Shown: in pieces, positions 18,757-27,472 of the stretch | How positions within the stretch are numbered: position 1 is the first letter of the stretch | How the letters are laid out: each line of letters opens with the position of its first letter | Assembly (NCBI GenBank): GCA_947474275.1 | Contig: CANJHY010000001.1 | Coordinates: 274 to 64,273, forward strand | Direction: 5' to 3' | From: Betaproteobacteria bacterium | Lineage (GTDB): Bacteria > Pseudomonadota > Gammaproteobacteria > Burkholderiales > SG8-41 | Length of the DNA: 64,000 nt | Made by a program: the position numbers and the translations under genes | The notes under the pieces: model-generated | What the model was told of the DNA's origin: nothing | The model's database searches: none | Seen by the model: the letters and a program-made list of their open reading frames with translations, nothing else

Positions 18757-20634
18757 ATGCTGAGCGGGCTTTCCCGGCTTTGGCATTCATTGTTCGCGGG
18801 GCGTGGTAAAACTGCGCTGAATCCAGCCGCCGCCGCATTGCCCGACAGCGCGTACCGGCCATCAGCGTGGTTCGATAGCGGCTTGCGTCTGCTCGCCACT
18901 CATGATGCGGCTGGAGTCGACGCGCTGCTGAGCGAGCCCCTGCAGCGTGACCGCGCCGAATTGGAATGTTTGCGCGCAGGACTCGCGCTCATGCGCGGCG
19001 ATCCCCGTGCCGCCTTTGCGCACGCCGGGGCCGCACTCGCTTTGCGTGGCGGTTTTTCAGCTGCTCATTTGTGCGGGGCACGCGCAGCGCGTGTATTGGG
19101 CCGGCACCAGGCCGCGCTCGCCGGGTTTGCGCGGGCGACCGATTTGCATCCCGACGACGCTGAGGCCTGGGCTGCACAAGCCGCAGAGCACATTGCGCTT
19201 GGTCAGAGCGAGGATGCGCGCGATTGCTACGAGGTTGCCCTTGCGCACGCGCCGGATTGCGCGGCCGCGAGACTGGGCCTTTCGCGCCTGGAGCGCGAGG
19301 CGGGTGCCGCCGCCGCGGCGCTCGCGCACATTGAACATGCATTGCGTGTCGCGCCAAGCGATGCGGATATACATTTCGAGTCAGCGCTGGTTCGCAGCCG
19401 TTGCGGCGACGTGCCGGGCGCGATTGCGGCGTATGAGTGCGTGCTCGAACTCAGCCCCGGTTACGCGGCGGCATGCACCAACCTGGGTTTGATGTATTTG
19501 GCGCACCTCGGCGACTCGCGCCGCGCGCAGCAGTATTTCGAGCGCGCAATCGAACTCGAGCCGTCTTCCGTGGGGGCGCAGGCCAACCTCGGCCTTGCTC
19601 TGGCCGAGCAGGGGCAGCTCCAAGCGGCGCTCGCCCATTACGAAAAATTGATTGCCGCTTATCCCGCGGAAAGCGAATATCGCTGGAACCGCGGACTCGC
19701 CCTGCTCGGTAGCGGCGATTACGCGCGCGGGTGGGAAGACTACGAAATGCGCAACGCGCGCGGCAGCGGCGCCGCGCCGCGCGTTTTTCCTTATCCTGCG
19801 TGGCAGGGCAAAGCACTGCGCGGCGCCGCCGCCTTGCTGGTTTACGGCGAGCAGGGGCTGGGCGATGAAATGATGTTCGCCTCGTGCGTGCCGGATTTGC
19901 TCGCGCGGGGAATATCCTGTGTCATCGAGTGCGATGCGCGGTTGGCGGGCCTGTTCGCGCGTTCATTCCCCGCCGGCAGTGTGCATGGCGCTCCACGTGA
20001 CGGTGATCGCCGCTGGCTGGCGGAATACCCGCAGATCGAGACGCAGATCGCGATCGGCAGCCTGCCGCGCCTGTTGCGGCGGAACGCCGCTGAATTTCCG
20101 GCGCACTCCGGCTATCTGCGCGCCGATCCGGCGCGCACCGCGCAATGGCGTGCCCAGCTGGCGGCCGGGGGCGGCGCTTACTGCGTTGGAATTTCCTGGC
20201 GCGGCGGCACCGCGAAGACGCGCCGCGATCTGCGCTCGATGCCGCTGCGCGAACTGATGCCGTTGCTTGCGATTCCGCGCATTAAATTTATCAGTCTCGA
20301 GCGCGCGGCAGACGACGAACTGGCTGAAATCAAGGCGATGTGCGGAGCCGACGTATTGAGTTTCGTCGAAGCGCTGGAGGACATGGACGGGCTGGCGGCG
20401 CTTTTGCAGGCGCTCGATGGCGTAGTTACCGTAGACAACACCGTGGCGCATTTGGCTGGGGCCCTCGGCCGCAAGGCCTGGATCATGTTGCCCCACGACG
20501 CCGACTGGCGCTGGCAGCGCGTGCCGGCCGCCAGTCCGTGGTACCCGTCGGTCAGGCTGTGCCGGCAGCCGGCTCCGGGAGATTGGGCAACAGTGGTCGG
20601 GCAGGTGCGCGCGGAATTGGCGTCGCTTTGCTGA
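18757..20634 (+). CDS. TPR + GT9-like glycosyltransferase, paralog 2
   Basis: TPR repeats. LLVYGEQGLGDEMMFASCVPD, GYLRADP, GISWRGGT, VDNTVAHLAGALGRKAWIM and PWYPSVRLCRQ. Confidence 0.8.
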   Translation: MLSGLSRLWHSLFAGRGKTALNPAAAALPDSAYRPSAWFDSGLRLLATHDAAGVDALLSEPLQRDRAELECLRAGLALMRGDPRAAFAHAGAALALRGGFSAAHLCGARAARVLGRHQAALAGFARATDLHPDDAEAWAAQAAEHIALGQSEDARDCYEVALAHAPDCAAARLGLSRLEREAGAAAAALAHIEHALRVAPSDADIHFESALVRSRCGDVPGAIAAYECVLELSPGYAAACTNLGLMYLAHLGDSRRAQQYFERAIELEPSSVGAQANLGLALAEQGQLQAALAHYEKLIAAYPAESEYRWNRGLALLGSGDYARGWEDYEMRNARGSGAAPRVFPYPAWQGKALRGAAALLVYGEQGLGDEMMFASCVPDLLARGISCVIECDARLAGLFARSFPAGSVHGAPRDGDRRWLAEYPQIETQIAIGSLPRLLRRNAAEFPAHSGYLRADPARTAQWRAQLAAGGGAYCVGISWRGGTAKTRRDLRSMPLRELMPLLAIPRIKFISLERAADDELAEIKAMCGADVLSFVEALEDMDGLAALLQALDGVVTVDNTVAHLAGALGRKAWIMLPHDADWRWQRVPAASPWYPSVRLCRQPAPGDWATVVGQVRAELASLC

Positions 20635-20709
20635 TCATACGGTCCGCGGCGGGCGCAAGCCGCAGGCCGGCGGCCCGGCGGCTGTGGCCGTAGTACACTT
20701 TCCGTTCCC

Positions 20710-22128
20710 ATGCGAGCCGAAGAACCTCAGATCGCGACTGCCAAGCAGGTGCTGCAAATTGCGCGGCAGCACTACGGCGCGGGGCGGATGACGGAGGCCG
20801 CGAGCATTTGCCGCGATGTGCTCGACACGGATGCCGGCAGCTTCGATGCGCTTCATCTGCTGGGCGCAATTTCGCACAAGGATGGCAATTACGACAGGGC
20901 GGTAAAGTTGATCGGGCGCGCAATTGCGTTGAGTCCGGACAACCCGTTTTTTCTGAACAATCTCGGCGAGGCCCTGCGCGAGCTGAACCGTCCGCGTGAA
21001 GCCGAACAGCAGTATCGCCGCGCGCTGGCGCTCAAGGCCGATTTCGCCGGGGCGCAGAACAATCTCGGCAACGCGCTGAAAGCCCAGGGTCGGTACGACG
21101 AAGCCGCGGCGAGCTATCAGGAAGCGATGCGGCTGGACCCGGCATATACCTCAGCGCGGCTCAACTACGCGCTGCTCCTGTTGCTGTGCGGAGATTACGC
21201 TGCCGCGTTTACGTTATATGAGCAGCGTTACGACGGGGCCGATCCTCGGCACGTGAGTTCCGCGCGCGACCTGTTCGATCGCATGCAGGAGGTGCCGCGG
21301 TGGCAGGGCGAGCCGCTGGCGGGCAAGCGTCTGCTCGTCTGGACTGAGCAGGGGCTGGGCGACTGCGTCATGATGATGCGCTACCTGCCGCAGTTGAAGG
21401 GCCGCGGCGCTCAGCGCGTCATCGTCTATTGCGCCGCGCCGCTGGTGCGGCTCATGCGCGCGACGGCCGGGGTCGATGAGGTGATCTCGCAGGACGATCC
21501 GCTGATCGAAGGGTCCTTCGACCGGCACTGTCCGCTGATGAGTTTGCCGCATTTGTGCGAAACCCGGCTAGAGACAGTGCCGCGGGAAGTGCCTTATGTG
21601 CGGGTGGCGGCGGACCTGCAGCGCACGTGGGCCGCGAGGCTCGAAGCGGTTGCGCGTCCGCGGGTGGGGCTGGTGTGGGCGGGCGCGAAGCGCACTCTGA
21701 CTGAAGCGCGGCGCAGCACCCGGCTGCAGGCCTTTGCGCCGTTGCTGGATGCTGGCGGGGTGCAGTTCGTTAGTCTGCAGAAAAATGAAGATGCGCGGCA
21801 ACTGGAATTCGCGAAATGGCCGCTGTTCGATGCGATGGACGAATGCGGCGACCTGCTGGAGACCGCGGCCTTGATCGAGCAGCTCGATCTCGTCATCAGC
21901 ATCGACACGTCGGTCGCGCACCTCGCCGGCGCTTTGGGCAAGCCGGTATGGTTGCTGACGCGCGGTGACAGCGCATGGCAGTGGTTGCTGGGGAGGGAAG
22001 ATTCGCCGTGGTATCCGACGATGCGCATATTCCGCCAGCCGCCGGGCGGCAACTGGCATGATCTGATGACGGATGTCGCAGCCAGGTTCAAAACGATGAG
22101 AATGCATTTAACAGGGGCTGCGCTTTGA
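20710..22128 (+). CDS. TPR + GT9-like glycosyltransferase, paralog 3 (most divergent, shortest TPR arm)
   Basis: LLVWTEQGLGDCVMMMRYLPQ, GLVWAGA, IDTSVAHLAGALGKPVWLL and PWYPTMRIFRQ. Confidence 0.8.
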   Translation: MRAEEPQIATAKQVLQIARQHYGAGRMTEAASICRDVLDTDAGSFDALHLLGAISHKDGNYDRAVKLIGRAIALSPDNPFFLNNLGEALRELNRPREAEQQYRRALALKADFAGAQNNLGNALKAQGRYDEAAASYQEAMRLDPAYTSARLNYALLLLLCGDYAAAFTLYEQRYDGADPRHVSSARDLFDRMQEVPRWQGEPLAGKRLLVWTEQGLGDCVMMMRYLPQLKGRGAQRVIVYCAAPLVRLMRATAGVDEVISQDDPLIEGSFDRHCPLMSLPHLCETRLETVPREVPYVRVAADLQRTWAARLEAVARPRVGLVWAGAKRTLTEARRSTRLQAFAPLLDAGGVQFVSLQKNEDARQLEFAKWPLFDAMDECGDLLETAALIEQLDLVISIDTSVAHLAGALGKPVWLLTRGDSAWQWLLGREDSPWYPTMRIFRQPPGGNWHDLMTDVAARFKTMRMHLTGAAL

Positions 22129-22904
22129 AAAAAAAGCACCATCTGCCGAGTATTTACACTGAAACCGGACTGATCTATCTGTGGGACTACCTGTTGGCGC
22201 ATCACGGCGTCCAGGAGCGGGCAGCCGTCAATCATGACGCGCTCGGTTTACTCGCGCACTGTCTGACGCGATTTCCGCAATCGAAGGCCCACCTGCTGCA
22301 GGACCTGTATGTCACTTATAAACTGGCCGACAGAAAAAACAGGTTTTTCGTCGAGTTCGGCGCTGCTGACGGCGTGTTTCTGAGCAACACCCATCACCTC
22401 GAGAAAAACCTCGGGTGGCGCGGTATTCTTGCCGAACCTTTCCCCGGCTGGCGCGACCCGCTGCGCGCGAACAGAAACGCTGCTGTCGACTATCGGTGCG
22501 TGTGGCGGGAGTCGGGCAAGCAGCTTGAATTCCTGGCCGCCAACCGGTATCCGGAATTGTCGTCGCTTAAAAGCTTTGCCGGGAATGATATGCACGCCGA
22601 GTCCCGCCTGGTTGACGCAGAAACATTCATGGTCGATACCGTGTCCCTGAATGATTTGCTGGCGGAGCACGGCGCGCCCGCATCGATCGACTATCTGTCC
22701 GTCGACACCGAGGGCAGCGAATTCGATATCCTCGAGACTTTCGATTTTGCGAAGTACCAGGTCCGCGTGATCACGGTAGAGCACAATTTCAAGCCTGACG
22801 CGCGCGAGTCCATTCAGCGCTTGCTGGAGTCCAATGGTTTCCGGCGGGAGTTTGAAATCTTCTCCAAGGGCGATGACTGGTATTTTCATCCGGACCGAAT
22901 GTGA
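22125..22904 (+). CDS. FkbM-family methyltransferase
   Basis: TTG 22125 overlaps the upstream TGA (TTGA). FFVEFGAADGVFLSNT...GILAEP and IDYLSVDTEGSEFDIL. Confidence 0.75.
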   Translation: MKKKHHLPSIYTETGLIYLWDYLLAHHGVQERAAVNHDALGLLAHCLTRFPQSKAHLLQDLYVTYKLADRKNRFFVEFGAADGVFLSNTHHLEKNLGWRGILAEPFPGWRDPLRANRNAAVDYRCVWRESGKQLEFLAANRYPELSSLKSFAGNDMHAESRLVDAETFMVDTVSLNDLLAEHGAPASIDYLSVDTEGSEFDILETFDFAKYQVRVITVEHNFKPDARESIQRLLESNGFRREFEIFSKGDDWYFHPDRM

Positions 22905-22955
22905 TGGATTCAGCGGCTTGTAACCGGCAGGGGCGTTCATGGTTCGCGTGATCCA

Positions 22956-24278
22956 ATGAAATGCGCCGTCGTCACCCCGGTCGGTCCCGGCCATGAATTG
23001 TACGCACTGGACGCCGAAGATTCGGTCAATCATGCCTTCGCCACGGCGCAAGGGCCGTTTTCCGATATTCTTTTCATCAAGATCGATGATACGCAAGGCA
23101 AGCTGGGGCGCTCGGCGGCACGCAACCAGGGCGTGCGGCAGGCGCAAGACGCAGGTGCCGACTGGATATTCTTCCTCGATGCGGACGACGTGCTGTGCGC
23201 GCAGGCGTTCGCCAACGTAACGCACGAGCTGCACCGCCATGATGCGATATGGGGCGCGATCCATGAGCTTGCCGCGGACGAGGAGCATGGCGTCCTGCGC
23301 CCGGACCAATTGCTGGAAATCACGCGTATCGATCAGCTCCTCGGCAACGATCCGTTTATCACGCTGCAGATCGGGCATTTCGTGAAGACCGCGGCGGCGC
23401 TGGCCACGCCTTTCGACCCGCAGCTCGATGCGGGCGAGGATTTCGACTACTACCTGCGGATGTGGTCGCAATTCAATTGCGTCAAGATCGGGCGGCCGTT
23501 TTTTTTCAACCGCCGCGATACGTATGCGGGCGGCCCGCGCGCAGCGACCAATCGCGACTGGCGCATGGCGGTCGAACGCATCATCTGCGAGAAATGCATC
23601 GGACTGGATTTCCATGCGGAGTTTACGCTGCGCGGGGAAAAGCTCCGGTTTTACGTTACCAACCCGTTCGACCTGATCCAGCGCAGTTTTCTCAAGGGGC
23701 GGTTTTTCGAGCCCGGCGAACTTGCTTTTGTCGAAAGCTGGGTTGCGGCGGACGCCGCAATTGTCGAAGTGGGCGCTTATGTCGGCAACCACGTCGTCTA
23801 CTATGCGCGGTTCATGCGACCGCGCAGCATCACGGTAATTGAGCCCAATCCCGATGCCATTGCGCTGCTGCGCCGGAACCTCGCGGAAAATGCTGTAACC
23901 AACGCCGATCTCTCGTTGCTTGGCAGCGGGGCTTCAGATCGGGTTGCAACTTACGACATCGTGCGTACGAGCGACAACAATATCGGCGCGAGCCGATTGG
24001 TGCCCGCCGTAGCCGGCGTGGTTAAATCGGCGCCGCTCGACGATTTGATTGCGCACCCGGTGGATTTCATCAAGATCGACGTCGAAGGCATGGAGCTCGC
24101 AGTCCTCGCCGGCGCCCGGCGCATCATCGCCGAGTCGCGGCCCAAGATCATGATCGAAGTGTTCCGGCACCAGATTGCGGATTTCGAAACGTGGCTGCAG
24201 CAGAACCACTACCGCATCAAACATCGTTTCGATTATGTGCACGCGGTGAATTTCATGATAGAACCCGCCGATGAGTGA
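22956..24278 (+). CDS. GT2-like glycosyltransferase fused to a C-terminal FkbM methyltransferase domain
   Basis: N-terminal VVTPVGPGHE...RNQGV...WIFFLDADDVL (GT-A, DxD). C-terminal IVEVGAYVGNH...VIEPNP...FIKIDVEGMELAVL. Confidence 0.7.
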   Translation: MKCAVVTPVGPGHELYALDAEDSVNHAFATAQGPFSDILFIKIDDTQGKLGRSAARNQGVRQAQDAGADWIFFLDADDVLCAQAFANVTHELHRHDAIWGAIHELAADEEHGVLRPDQLLEITRIDQLLGNDPFITLQIGHFVKTAAALATPFDPQLDAGEDFDYYLRMWSQFNCVKIGRPFFFNRRDTYAGGPRAATNRDWRMAVERIICEKCIGLDFHAEFTLRGEKLRFYVTNPFDLIQRSFLKGRFFEPGELAFVESWVAADAAIVEVGAYVGNHVVYYARFMRPRSITVIEPNPDAIALLRRNLAENAVTNADLSLLGSGASDRVATYDIVRTSDNNIGASRLVPAVAGVVKSAPLDDLIAHPVDFIKIDVEGMELAVLAGARRIIAESRPKIMIEVFRHQIADFETWLQQNHYRIKHRFDYVHAVNFMIEPADE

Positions 24279-25983
24279 CGCCGCCGCAAACACCGCTGTC
24301 GAACTGCACCGGCAGGGCGCGCAATTGCGCGAACGCGCGCAGTACGCCGCCGCCGAGCGCAGCCTGCTGCGCGCGCTGGAGCTTGAGCACGATTTCGCGG
24401 CGGCGCATTTTGAGCTGGCGCTGACCTATCGCGACCAGGGCAAACTCGAAGACGCCGCCGATTATTTCCAACTGGCCGCCCACTTTGCGCCGGAGTTCGC
24501 CGCCGCCTCGTTCGAGCTCGCCGAAACGCTGGTGAAACTCGAACGCGCCGAAGCGGCGCTAGCGGCGTACCGGCAGGCGCTCGCGCGCGATGGCCGGCAC
24601 GGCGCCGCGTGGCGGGGTCTGGGCAATCTGCTGAAAACGGGCGGCGAGCTGAACGAAGCGATCGATTGCTACCGGTCTGCCGTCGAGTGCGCGCCGGCGA
24701 GCGCGGACGCGCGTGGCCGCCTCGCTTACGCGCTTTACCGGGCGGGCCGTTATGCAGAGGCGCGGCGGAGTTTCGATGCCGCTTTGGCGCTCGAACCGAA
24801 CTGGCTGGAGGCGCATCACAATCTGGGCCTGCTGCTGCTGGAGACCGGCGAGCCGGCCGCGGCGCTGCAGAGTTTCGAGCGCGCGCGCGCGCTCGGCCCG
24901 GATGTTGTCGAGACCCGCGCTTGTGTTGCGCACGCGCTGCGCGATCTCGGCCGCCTGGACGAGGCCGTTGCGCATTACGATGCGGTGCTTGCCCGGTCTC
25001 CCCAATTTGCCGATGCCGTCATCAATCGCAGTTACGCACTGCTGATGCGGGACGACTATGCGGCCGGCTGGGGCGCCTACGCGCAGCGCTTCGCGAGCGG
25101 CGCCATGGTGGCGCGCGGTTTTCCCTACCCGGAATGGCAGGGCCAGCCGCTGGCGGGCAAACGCCTGCTGGTCTATGCCGAGCAGGGTCTGGGCGATGAA
25201 ATCATGTTTGCGTCCTGCCTGCCCGACTTGCTGCGGACCGGCGCGCACTGCGTAATTGAATGCAACACGCGGTTGACGGCGTTGTTCCAGCGCTCGTTTC
25301 CGCAGGCGAGCGTCCATGGCGCGGACAAGAACGACGACAAGCACTGGCTGAAAAAATTGCCGCCGGTGGATTTTCAGGCGGCCATCGGGTCGCTGCCACA
25401 GTATTTGCGGCGGTCGCGCGCCGATTTTCCCGCGCGCGGCGGCTATCTGGTGGCTGACGCGCAGCGCAGCGGGGCTTGGCGCCGGAAACTGGTGGCAGGG
25501 ACCGCGCTGCGGGTGGGCATTGCCTGGCGCGGCGGCACGCCGCGCTCGCGGCAGTTCGTGCGCTCGACTGTCTTGCCGCAGTGGTTGCCCATCCTGCGCA
25601 GCACGGGCGCGACGTTTTGCGCTTTGCAGTATGGGGATATCGCGGCCGAGCTGGAAGATTTGCGCGCTCAATCCGGCATAGCTGTCGCGCAACTCGGCGC
25701 TGCGGTCAATGACCTCGACGAACTCGCGGCCATCATCGGCGCGCTCGACCTGGTCATCAGCATAGACAATACCGTGGCGCATGTGGCGGGCGCGCTCGGG
25801 CAAGCCGTGTGGACCCTGCTGCCGGACAGTCCCGAATGGCGCTATCCGCGGCGCGGAATGGCGATGCCCTGGTATCCATCCATGCGTCTCTTTCATCGCG
25901 CCGGCGGCGAAACCTGGCCGCCGGTAATCGAACGCGTCGCGGCGGAGTTGGCCGGCTTGGCGGCGCGTGGACGTGAAAGCTGA
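24271..25983 (+). CDS. TPR + GT9-like glycosyltransferase, paralog 4
   Basis: ATG 24271 overlaps the upstream stop by 8 nt. LLVYAEQGLGDEIMFASCLPD, GYLVADA, GIAWRGGT, IDNTVAHVAGALGQAVW and PWYPSMRLFHR. Confidence 0.8.
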   Translation: MSDAAANTAVELHRQGAQLRERAQYAAAERSLLRALELEHDFAAAHFELALTYRDQGKLEDAADYFQLAAHFAPEFAAASFELAETLVKLERAEAALAAYRQALARDGRHGAAWRGLGNLLKTGGELNEAIDCYRSAVECAPASADARGRLAYALYRAGRYAEARRSFDAALALEPNWLEAHHNLGLLLLETGEPAAALQSFERARALGPDVVETRACVAHALRDLGRLDEAVAHYDAVLARSPQFADAVINRSYALLMRDDYAAGWGAYAQRFASGAMVARGFPYPEWQGQPLAGKRLLVYAEQGLGDEIMFASCLPDLLRTGAHCVIECNTRLTALFQRSFPQASVHGADKNDDKHWLKKLPPVDFQAAIGSLPQYLRRSRADFPARGGYLVADAQRSGAWRRKLVAGTALRVGIAWRGGTPRSRQFVRSTVLPQWLPILRSTGATFCALQYGDIAAELEDLRAQSGIAVAQLGAAVNDLDELAAIIGALDLVISIDNTVAHVAGALGQAVWTLLPDSPEWRYPRRGMAMPWYPSMRLFHRAGGETWPPVIERVAAELAGLAARGRES

Positions 25984-27472
25984 TCCTGCGATGCGCGCCA
26001 CGTTCGACGCCGGACTTGCGGCTTATGCGGCGGGTAACTTTGCGGCGGCGGTCGAATGTTTCAACCGGGTGGTTGACGAGCGGCACGATGACGCGGATGC
26101 TCACAACAATCTCGGCCTGAGTTATCTTGCGCTGGGCGAATATGAAGACGCGGCAGATGCGTTCACACTGGCAGTGCATTTCCGCCCGCAATTTCCGCCG
26201 GCGTTTTACAACATGGCGTTGGCGGCACTTGGTCTCGGCGAACTCGGACAGGCGGTGACCAGTCTTGAACGGGCGCTCGCATTGCAACCCGATTTTGCCA
26301 CCGCCCATAGTACGCTCGGCTACGTGCTCAGCCATCAGGTGGGCGAATTCGAAGCAGGTGCCACGCATGTCCGCAAGGCGATGGAACTCGATCCGGCGGA
26401 TCCCGACGTGCGGTGCAATTTCAGCGCGATCCTCATCCAGGAGGGGCGCGCGGAAGAAGCGTTGGCAATTTGCCGTGAGCTGCTGGCCGCGCATCCAGCT
26501 ATGCACGAGGCGCAGCTGAATCAGGCGCTGGCCAATCTGAAGCTCGGCCGTTTTGAAGCAGGATGGCCCGACTACGAAGCGCGCAAGCGCGCGCGCGGCA
26601 ATTACTTGCCACGTACGTTGCCGCTGGCGGAGTGGCAGGGTGAGCCGCTCGCATCCGGCAAACTGCTTATTTATGCCGAGCAGGGCGTAGGCGATCAGAT
26701 CATGTTTGCATCCTGCGTGCCTGCATTGCTGCCGAAGCTCGCGACGTGCGTGATCGAATGTGCGCCCAAGCTGGTGCAGCTGTTTCAGCGTTCGTTCCCG
26801 GGCGCAACGATAGTGTCGCAGCAGGAAGGGGACGCAAATCTCGCGCGGCTGGCGCAAGCGGCTGGCATCGATCGCCAGGTTGCCATCGGCAGCCTGCCCG
26901 CCCAATTTCGCAAGCAGCGGGCCGATTTTCCGGCGCATGTAGGCTATCTGCGTGCCGATGCTGCGCGGGTTGACTACTGGAAGCAGCGTCTGGACACCCT
27001 GGGGCAGGGATTAAAAATCGGCATCGCATGGTCGGGCGGAGCGCCGACCACGCAGGGTGCGAGCCGCTCGATGCAACTCGCGGACTGGTTGCCGGTACTC
27101 GGGCAGGCAGGGTGCCATTTCGTGAGCCTGCAACACGGCGACGTCGCCGGCGAACTCGCCGCATGGGCGCGCGCGCAACGCATCCCGCTTCACCACTGGC
27201 GCGACGCCGTCGAGAACTATGATGAAACGGCGGCGCTGGTGACGGCACTCGACCTGGTGATTTCGGTGCAGACCGCACTGGTACATCTGGCCGGCGCGCT
27301 CGGCAGGCCCGCATGGGTCGTATTGCGCGCGGCTGCGGAATGGCGTTACCTCGAGCACGGAGACGAGATGCCATGGTACCCCAGCGTGCATTTGTTCCGG
27401 CAGCAGAGTGCTGGCGACTGGGCGCCCGTGGTCGCGCGTATCGCGCAGGAACTCGCGCAACACGCGCGGTAA
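25967..27472 (+). CDS. TPR + GT9-like glycosyltransferase, paralog 5
   Basis: LLIYAEQGVGDQIMFASCVPA, GYLRADA, GIAWSGG, VQTALVHLAGALGRPAWV and PWYPSVHLFRQ. An alternative ATG lies at 25991. Confidence 0.8.
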   Translation: MDVKADPAMRATFDAGLAAYAAGNFAAAVECFNRVVDERHDDADAHNNLGLSYLALGEYEDAADAFTLAVHFRPQFPPAFYNMALAALGLGELGQAVTSLERALALQPDFATAHSTLGYVLSHQVGEFEAGATHVRKAMELDPADPDVRCNFSAILIQEGRAEEALAICRELLAAHPAMHEAQLNQALANLKLGRFEAGWPDYEARKRARGNYLPRTLPLAEWQGEPLASGKLLIYAEQGVGDQIMFASCVPALLPKLATCVIECAPKLVQLFQRSFPGATIVSQQEGDANLARLAQAAGIDRQVAIGSLPAQFRKQRADFPAHVGYLRADAARVDYWKQRLDTLGQGLKIGIAWSGGAPTTQGASRSMQLADWLPVLGQAGCHFVSLQHGDVAGELAAWARAQRIPLHHWRDAVENYDETAALVTALDLVISVQTALVHLAGALGRPAWVVLRAAAEWRYLEHGDEMPWYPSVHLFRQQSAGDWAPVVARIAQELAQHAR

